64,000 bases of DNA from the human T2T-CHM13v2.0 reference genome, Homo sapiens. Where the stretch lies: assembly GCF_009914755.1 (NCBI RefSeq), contig NC_060929.1, one strand, 5' to 3'. A model generated the notes under the pieces. It had not been told where the DNA came from, ran no database searches, and saw nothing but the letters and a program-made list of their open reading frames with translations. Each line of letters opens with the position of its first letter. The first letter of the stretch is position 1. Made by a program: the position numbers and the translations under genes. Below are positions 53,904 to 64,000 of the stretch, in pieces.

Positions 53904-56900
53904 TTTTGGAGGCTGAAAAAGGAAGAACAGTTATATCCTTTCATGAATAAAGATACTATCTTGGGTAAGGGAAAGGGTTTGTATCAAACATCTCAAAATC
54001 TGAGCACTTATCCAAAACATAGTTAAGGTTTTGGGATAAGAGATTAGCCTGAAATTATCTCACTGAAAAGTCTTAGTTTTGTTTTCTCCTGACTTCCTCA
54101 GCACATGAGGAAAATTAGAGCAATCTTCTCAGATAAGTGGTATTTTTACTGTCCATCTCAGTTCATGTCGAGTGATTCTTTTTTCAGTAATATGCCAAAT
54201 AAATAAATGCCACAGTCAAGGAATGTAATAAAATATGTAAACAACAACCATTACTAGCAAAGAGAAATAGAAAATGTTGTTTTCTACTTTTTGAGCCAAT
54301 AAAATGATGTAAGTATCCTAGAGACAGGAATACTGATGCAACCATAAACAAACAAGTGATGGCCCTGATCCTAGTTTATCTGTGTAAACAAAGGATTTTG
54401 TCATTTGATCACAACATGTAACACCCAGATATTTTTTTCTCTGTGGAATGAATCTACATGTTTTATCGCAAAATAAATGTAACTATGTATTATAATATTT
54501 TTCTTCTCATACAAAAATAATCTCACTCCATATTAATCTGTTTCCCCTGTACACACATGATAAATCAGATAATTTAAATTTACTATTATTTTATTTTAAA
54601 GCTTATACCTAGACATGTTATTTTCTATTGATAAAGTTATTCCAACGATTATTATCAAATTGTTTTATTTTAATGTGTATGACATGAAAATGGAATGTCA
54701 GTTACAATTCCATCAAAAAAATGGAAGGTGGTTGTTTCTGTGTAAAAAGCCAAAAATGATCCAGTGGAGTTGCATAAACTTATTTGATTGTTTAAGCACT
54801 TAACTTTAATATAAGGTCATAAACTAAACATTAAAACTTGGGATACATGGTACAGAGTGATTCTAGACTAGAGAGCTGAAAGGAGAAACAACAACAATAA
54901 ATTGGCCATGTATATGTTGGATTACCTAGATATTGCATTTATCAGAAATGTTACCTAGTATCATATAAAAATTGTGATTGGCACACTTAATGTGTCTATT
55001 GTTTTTATAGACAGTCTTTTATTTTGGGTCTCCCAAATTATTTTTTGAAATGTTATTTTGTATACCAGTTAAACACCACCCTCCAAAAAAATGACAAAAT
55101 TATAAATCACAGTAATAGAAAAGTTTTTCTTTCATATATACCTAAAATATCTGACTTTATAAAATATTAATTATTTCTTTAATTTCCTCTGTAGGTTTTT
55201 GACACTGTAATAATGAGCTAAATTTTCTTCTCTCCTTATTCCATAAAACAGCACCCTTTTTGAAAATATGAGTATTTATTACACTAAATATTAATTTCCT
55301 CATTTTCATCTTGTCTCTCAAAAGAATTATTTGCTTTGCTTTTTCCAGCACTCTATTTTACAGAACACGCTGAATTATATTACCTCTTTCCTTTGTATTT
55401 TCTGGCTTGTTGTTTTGTTTAACAGCAAATGCCAGCAAAGTAGTGCTATGCTTCTGCTTATTGGTCATCGAATTATAAAGTGGAGAGAACTACCTTTGAA
55501 ATTAAATTCTGTCTACTTGAGTCACATTTTCAGCAATGTTTTAATCACTTTATTTCTATTTTCACATATTACTGACACAAATAATCAAATATGTAATATA
55601 ATGATTGCTTTTTATATGACATAATTGTACACATTGTTACGTTTGAGATATTCAACTGAAAAACATCACCATTTGTAACACTTGATTATAATTAACTAAA
55701 CCCCAAAATAAGACTAGAAGAATTTAATGGTCAGAGAATTTAGAGGGTCATTTGATTGATTTTTCCATGAACCAAAAATCTTTCTACAACCCATAATAGA
55801 AGAAAGGTAAAATTTTTAACATAAAAAGTGAAAGAAACTTTAGACACATCGGTTTTGGAAATATGGCCCATTGAATAAATTACAACATAGAGTTAATTCA
55901 TAGAAATGGAGTTATACATAATTGTATTCATTCACTCATTCGACAAAGTTCTATTGGTATGAATACTACGTAGTATGTTTTTGCCTCCAAAAACATTAAT
56001 CTTAGAAATGTAAACAAATAACATGCTTTAAAAGACATGAGCGCCAAATAGTTTTATGGATCAGATCTATCTTACCTTTTTTGGAAATAATCTTGATTTT
56101 ATTTATATTATTTAAAATTAAAGATGAGACTCTAGACAATGATAATATCCTATCTGAACTTCCTACTCCTCTCTTACCTCTCTTAGATTCAATATCTACA
56201 CAAATAATCTGTTGTTTTGTTTTGTTTTTCAATTTTATTTGGGGATATTTTGTTACAGATTTCAATTGCTTAATAGAATGATTAGAGAAGAAATCTAATC
56301 TAAAAACTAGATTTTATTATTTAATGTCCTAGAGTTTTACAACTTTCTCATTATTTTTTCTTGTTATCCTTTTTCTATACTGTTGTATTATGTGTTGTAC
56401 AATGCTGTGAAATATGCAAATTTTAAATGAATTTTTAGATATATTTATCAGTTGCATTATTATAATACGCACTCTTTACCAAGATATTGAATATTTCCAA
56501 AACTCCAGAAAAATTTTCCATGCCTCTTTCCAGTCAATACCTGCCACATTTCCCACTACAGAGACAACCACCGTTACGATCAATTTTACTGTGTATTAAT
56601 TTTGACTGCTCCAGTACTTCATATAAGTGACTTCATAAGCATGTACTATCTTTATGTTTGACTTCACTCATCATTCTTTGAGGTTCAACCATGTTATATG
56701 TATCAGTAGTTTCTTTCTTTTCTTTTTTGAATATCACTGAGTAATGTTCCATTGTATGTTTATAACATAATGATTAATTTTCCTGTTGATGGACATTTTT
56801 GTCCCCATTTTTGGCAGGAATTAAGCTATTCTGACTTTCTTGTTTAAATAGTGTAATACACATATGTTTTATTCTCTCTTAGATAAATACCTAGAAGTAA

Positions 56901-57022
56901 ATTTACTGGATCGCAAAGTAGGTGTGAGGTTTATTTTAAGAGGCATTGTCAGACTGATTTCTGTAATGGTTGTATAGTTGCACATGCCCACTGTCAAAGT
57001 ATGAAAGTTCCAGTTGTTTTAC

Positions 57023-57024
<2 letters not shown>

Positions 57025-57076
<52 letters not shown>
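57025..57076. repeat. (TATC)13 tetranucleotide STR
   Basis: Directly visible. Confidence 0.97.
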
Positions 57077-57495
57077 ATCTATCATCTGTCTATCACTTAT
57101 CTGTGAATCAATCATCTGGGTTTTTTGCTGTCATTCTTTATAATTTTAGTTATTCTAGTTTTCATGTAGTAAAATCTCATTAGGGTTTTAATTTTTATTT
57201 TCCCTAATAACTAAAAAATTGATGAGTGCTTTTTCATTTGTTTCTTGACCATTTATTTATCTACCTTTTAAACTCCCCGGTCAAGTCTTTTGGCTGATTT
57301 TTAAAATTGATTAATAGGATTGATGTTTGTTCTACTTATTTTCTGTCAATTGTATACTGCAAACATCTTAAACTATAATTTTCAACTTGTCAATAATTCT
57401 CTTCAGTTTGAATTACTTTTGCTTAATGTATTCTGAAGCTCTGTTATTAGGTGTGTATTAGGTGTGTTATTAGGTATTAGAAATTACTATGTCTT

Positions 57496-57995
57496 ACATG
57501 CATGCATGTTTATGGCAGCACAATTCGCAATCTCAAAGATATAGAACCAACCTAAGTGCCCATCGACCCAAGAGTTGATAAACAAAATGTGGTATATATA
57601 CACCATGGAGTACTACTCAGGCATAAAAAGGAATGAAATAGTGCCTTTTTTAGCAACTTTGATGGTGGCGGAGGCCATTATTCTAACTAAAGTAACTCAG
57701 GAATGGAAAACCAAATATCATATGTTTCACTTATAAGTGGGAGCTAAGCTATGAGGACACAAAGACATATGGAGTGATATAACGAATTTTGGGGACTTGG
57801 GAGAGGGAGGTTGGGAGGAGAATGAAAGATAAAATACTACATATTGGGTACAATGTATACACCTCAGTTCTTGGATGCACTAAAATCTCAGAATTCACCA
57901 CTAACAAACTCATCTGTGTGACAAAAAAAAAAAAAAAAACACCTATACCCCAAAAACTATTGATATAAAATAATAAGAAAATAATTTAAAAAATT
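57496..57995 (+). mobile_element. 5'-truncated L1PB 3' end
   Basis: GGGAGCTAAGCTATGAGGA...GGATGCACTAAAATCTCAGAATTCACCACTA L1PB 3'UTR; TSD-like AAATTACTATGTCTT/AAATTACTGTCTT. Confidence 0.9.
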
Positions 57996-58187
57996 AAATT
58001 ACTGTCTTCTTGATTTTATCACTATAAAATGTGGATGATTTTATATCATTTTAAAATGTTTGTCTATATCCCTGGGAATATTCACTGTTCTGTAGTTTAT
58101 TTTAAATGATATTTACATAGCCATTCTAGATGTCTTATGATTAGTATTATCAATTCTTATTATTAATATCCTCTATCCTTTATACAA

Positions 58188-58518
<331 letters not shown>

Positions 58519-59387
58519 TATCCTTTTATTTTTAACACATTTTTGTCTTCATATTTAATGTATCCTTCAACAGAATATATTGTATCTTACTTCTTTGTTT
58601 ACTTTGACAATGTCTGCCTTTTAATTGGAAGGCTTACTACATTTACAGTTAATGTAAGTTTTCATATGACTGAGTAAAAGTCAAACTTATTTCTATTTTT
58701 CTTCTATTTGTCTTTTCTGATCTTCATTATTTTATTCTCTTTTTCCCAAATGAAAGTTCAAGAAGATATCCTAGACAATTTGAGAAGACTGTGGGGCTCA
58801 CTCTACCTCCCTTTCTCATGGATCAGAGTCACGCTCAGCCTGTTGCATGTGTGTGAATATAGCTATTACACATTACAGGTAAATGGAATTTTTGGTTTCC
58901 TTATTAACTTTTGGATATTTAATAGATTTACTTAATTTTTAATTAGTTAGAATTAAAATTGTTTTGTCTTTGTTTATTCTGAGTTTTATTGTATTATGCT
59001 CAGAGAAAAATATGTATCAAATATATTTTTATTAATATTTCAGAAAAATATTTTTTCTGATTATAGGATAATGAGATAGAATTTACAGATATAAATATGA
59101 ATGGAAAATAAGTTTTTATCTACTAGACTTATTGCCTTAATAATTATTTTGCTTTGATGTTTGATACACTTTGGGTATATAACATTTCATGCAACTTTGC
59201 TTTTCATAAAAATAATGAAATATTGTATATGTTATGGTATTTATTATTCTCTGCTGTATTTTCTAATGGTAAATAATATATTTTAATGTATAATGTAGTG
59301 TTACAATAAGAATCACTTTGTAGATAACTTATCTATTGATTGTTAAATATATGTCAATTGCTGTAATGTGTACTTTTTTGTGTTAGA

Positions 59388-59545
59388 TTACCTCATTTAA
59401 TTTATTGAAGTGCACAATAAGGCTGGTACTATGACATTTATTTTTTGTAGATGAAAAAAATGTTGCTAAGAAGGGTTAATAATTGAGCAAGGATAACACT
59501 CTTGTTAGTGCCAGAGTTGGAGTCTAAACTACTTGACTACTATGA
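59388..59545 (-). mobile_element. MIR remnant
   Basis: TTTTGTAGATGAAAAAAATG...GGTTAATAATTGAGCAAGGATAACAC...GTTAGTGCCAGAG. Confidence 0.65.
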
Positions 59546-60480
59546 CAAGGTATTAAAGTTAAACTAAGTTTTTTTTTAATCATTCTTAATTATCCCTTTT
59601 GCCCCTTTTTCCCTGAAATTTTACGTTATATGATATTAAATAAATATTGCTCTTTGGCTCATTTTATATTTGAATTTAAGTGCTCTCCATGCCCATGTTT
59701 TCATTTCAAGATTCTTCTATGGGAGAGAGTGCAAATGTGGTGTTTAACAGTAGTTAATTTGGACATTTGGAAGGGAACATGTCACATATTTACATATATA
59801 TTGTATCAAGCAGTATTCTGGTGTTTAATACTTCCATCTTATTTCTTTTACATTGAGCTAGTTAAATTCACATGCAAGCCCCATATACAAGATATAATTT
59901 GCTATAAAATATATTCATCATAACTGTATTATTATTATAATATTGTTTTTCAATATAAGAAGAATTTAAGCAGATCATATTTTGTGAAATGTATTACTTA
60001 CAGCCAGGTATGACTTACAGTGCAATCAGTGCCCAAATTCATCATAACTTGGTTTCTTTATTAACAGTATAGAAGTCACAATCTACTCATAATTGTAAAT
60101 CACTATAATATTATTCCATGAAATAGTATTTCCACAGATTACTGCTTTAGGTATTTTCCCTTTATAATGAAATTTTCTATATACATAACTAGCAGTTATG
60201 TATGCAGTTAGAGAAAAATTGATGAAACTGTACTCTCGAGAGGTAATAGTTTTTTAACTAAATAAATGTTTACACATGTATTTTAAAAAATATCTGGCTT
60301 AATGGAACAAGTGACATTAAATATATTTAAATATATGGTAGCGACTGACTTGGATTATCAACCCATCCCACTCTTTCCAGACTTGTCTTTTATTTTAAAT
60401 ACTTTGAGTTTGATGGCATCATTTACAAATTGGAATTATTAGCAGTGTTCAAAATATTAAGGCATAAAAAGGGGGGAATA

Positions 60481-60868
<388 letters not shown>

Positions 60869-63329
60869 CTACCCTTTTCCCCACTAGATGAAAAGAAAAA
60901 TATCTCCCCAAATCCTAATATGAAAGAAAAACATCACCCATGTTACTGTACACATTTCTACAAATCTCTTCTCTACTCTCTGCCCTCTCCCTTCCTCTCT
61001 CTCTCTGTCTTTCATAACATATGCCTCTACCAATACTATTTAGCAACAATTTTTTCATTTATTGCATAAAAGAATGGAGATAAATCATATACATTTAAAA
61101 ATGCATCATACTTTTAAAAGTAAGAATGAAAAACTATATTAAACTAATCCTTATATAGGCTGCTTCTATTTTTAATTATTAGACAATAGTCCAGGGACAA
61201 TCTTCTATGTACTTCTGTGCAAATTTGTTCAATGACAAACTTCAGAAGTTTTAAGAACTGGAACACTCAGACAAAATAAGGTTGATGGAATTATTTTTAA
61301 ATTCATAAAAATGGGTATATTTTAATGCCCTTGAAATCATTGCTGATTTTATTTTATCACTGTTAAAAGCTATTCAATTTCAGTACTAATTAAAGAAACA
61401 AACAAAAATAAAGGCACCAATAGATATTTTCTCTTCTACATTTTCAAATATTTATTGGCCATTAATGTCCTCTACATGGGTTGCCTTATAATATTATATT
61501 AGAGTTACTTAAGAGATACCATATAAGTGGACAAAGATTGTTTCTAAATCTCTGCTATTATAATTTTATAGCAATGATTACCATTGCATTTAAGACTTTA
61601 TGTAATTCTCAGTTTTTCCATTAAAATAACTTCCTAAAGGTAATATTGTTGGCCAAATGGTATGTACTTTTTAAATGCCTCTGACATAACTAAATATATA
61701 CACCTATACATGCACATATACATATATTGCTATGATCATATTGTTTGTATTCCAGAAAATCTCATTAATTTACACAATCATAAGTAGAATATAACACTTT
61801 TACCCATATTCTCATAAAACACTCCTCATCCTGAAATGACCACTACTTATAATTTTCTGAAACATAGTAATATATGCGATTATTACATGAGTTTTTAAAG
61901 GTTATTATTTATAACATATAAATTTGGTATAGAGTTTAATTGCAATTTAAACATTTATAGTCTGTTTTTTATTGAATTTAAAATATGTTAGATTAGAAAG
62001 ATGTTTTAAAAATGTTAATTATATTTTGATTTTGTCTACTTCATTATACTTAGTGATTAGTATTTTATATAATTTGAGACTGAATAAATATTTTTCACTG
62101 TAGATTGAATGCATCTTCAATAAAACATAGCCATTTGTTTCATGTAATGCTATTACATTCTATTATGTGTTTTATATTGACATTAAAATTGCTCTTTATG
62201 TTAACATTTTTCCTGGTTTATTTTTGCCTATAACAAGTGATTTGTTCTTGACAAGCGGTATATGAAAGTATTTGGATAGACTTCTCAATCTTAAAAATCT
62301 CATTATTGTTTATTTCATCATATATTGTTTTTTTAATATTTCTATAAGTTGATTTCTTTCTGTTTCTTTGCTTATTTCTTTGTTTTTTATTTTTGCTACA
62401 TATATTTTAAAGTTTTAAAATATAAACTTCATGCTAAGAAGAACAAAAATATCAGCTAAACATGGTAGAGATGGGATGAGTTTGGAAGAACTCACCACTG
62501 ATTACTTAAAATGTCCTTTTCATTACTAAGTGGTACAGTGTAGTAGAAAAGTATATCCCGGCAGAACACCACAAAGAGTTGCTTTGAAAGATAGTAGTCA
62601 GGAGGAGGAACAATTTGGGCCACTCACTTGCAACCACTTTGATCCTGCTGACCAGTAGCAGCTGAAACTTCAGCCTTTTGCTTGAAGTATAAGTCCCACC
62701 CTACCAAAAAGGATTATAAAGCCTATAGCTAAAAGCTTATAACATTGTGTTCTTTTGTTTTCCTCTCTGAAAGAAACTGAAATGACTTCCCACTTAAATG
62801 TTTCTCTTCCCAGCCTCATGAGGCTCCCAAAGGTTTTTGCTTGACTTTTTACCTCTTACTTAGGACCTCTCCTTCCTGCTTAGCTGCTTAGCCTTTGGCC
62901 TAAGACATTTTCAAATCAGAAAATGCCTTAAAGATAAAAAGCAAGAAAGAATGTCAGAATCACCTGAATATTCTTTCTTCTCTCTGGGATTTTAGCCTGT
63001 AAAACTCTAACTGCCTTATTAGACCTTTCTCCACGTTAGTTCTCAAGTTTGCCAACCCCTGCTTTAGCTCACTTGGAAATAAAGCACGAGAGAAAAGCCA
63101 AGTAAATTATGAAAAGGAAAGGCAACAAGAGCTGCACCAGCATTAGCAATTATTGAAATCTATTCTGAATCACTAGGAATTAAAACAGGTAAGTGTCTTT
63201 ACAGGATAGACACATATTTAAAACTAAATGGAAAATATGGAAATAAACATAGCATATTTATAATATAATTCATAAAAATATTTAGTCATTTGGAAGCATT
63301 TTTAAAAGAACAGCAGAAATGTACCAAAA

Positions 63330-64000
63330 TCAATATGGCAGTCTTTAAAAATATTGTTGGAATGAGAAACATTTGGGAAAAAATTTTAAACAAAGCTAGA
63401 AAAGTAATAGGATAAATATAACTGAATCTTTTTATGTTAAAAACAATTGTGTAATCAGAAAAGTCATAGAATCTAATTCCTAGAATCCATTACAATTGTT
63501 TTAATAAATTAGACAAGGACAAAGACAAATTTCAATATGAAAGAAATATAAACAAGTTAAATATTTAAACGACAATCTGGAGGAAATAATTGCAATATTC
63601 TTAGAGTCAAAAGACTAATGCCTTTAATTTTGTTTACATATAAATCCATTAGAAAAAAACCTGAAAGAAAAAGTGGGAAATATATATGTAAAAACAGAAC
63701 ACAGAAAATATTAATATTATAAATTGAAACAAAATAAAAATATAAAGTTCTCTCAAATAGGTGAAAATGCTATGCCTCACCCATAATTTGAAAAAGTTGT
63801 AAAATAAAATTATAAACTGTGAATCATACATTATACATTATATACATTATATATACATACATGCACATTATATATACATATATACATTATATACCTATCA
63901 GAGTAAAGTAACATTGGCATATTCTTGGCAATACCAAGTGCTGGCTAGGAAATAAAAAAATAGGCACTGGTATTTCTTTTGTTGTCAGTATCAACTGGAG
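63330..64000 (+). mobile_element. Old L1M ORF2 3' remnant
   Basis: A-rich; AATACCAAGTGCTGG and GAAAATGCTATGCCTCAC L1-like motifs. Confidence 0.55.

Overview
AT-rich primate (human/great-ape-like) genomic DNA that reads as intergenic or deep-intronic. Repeat families below were named by eye from remembered consensus sequences, so subfamily calls and old-element boundaries are approximate. I recognise no protein-coding exon, rRNA/tRNA gene or CRISPR array. The ORF-track entries that can be assigned derive from Alu, L1, LTR/MaLR or low-complexity DNA, and the rest look like chance ORFs. Much of the window is interspersed repeat: about 15 Alus (J, S, Y and a free monomer), L1PA/L1PB/L1M pieces, L2, MIR, DNA transposons (Tigger1, MER47A, MER58A, MER63A, a full-length piggyBac MER75) and many LTR elements (THE1, MER66/MER41-like, MSTA with internal sequence, MER39/MER34-group, solo LTR7, LTR8 with nested LTR9). 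The most notable structure not explained by repeats is: (i) an interleaved inverted duplication A-x-B'-A'-B at 29.9-30.4 kb; (ii) a ~115-130 bp inverted repeat pair at 31.1-31.9 kb; (iii) a palindromic AT junction where the MSTA internal sequence breaks (34.5 kb); (iv) a diverged ~75 bp repeat present at 20.3 and 22.9 kb; (v) an intact 52-codon PGBD4-N-terminus-like ORF inside MER75; (vi) a candidate TATA/first-exon/splice-donor unit with a CpG-retaining patch at 46.8-47.1 kb; (vii) several tandem duplications and two candidate enhancer-like blocks. I see no convincing evidence of a new multi-component biological system; these are leads, not demonstrations.
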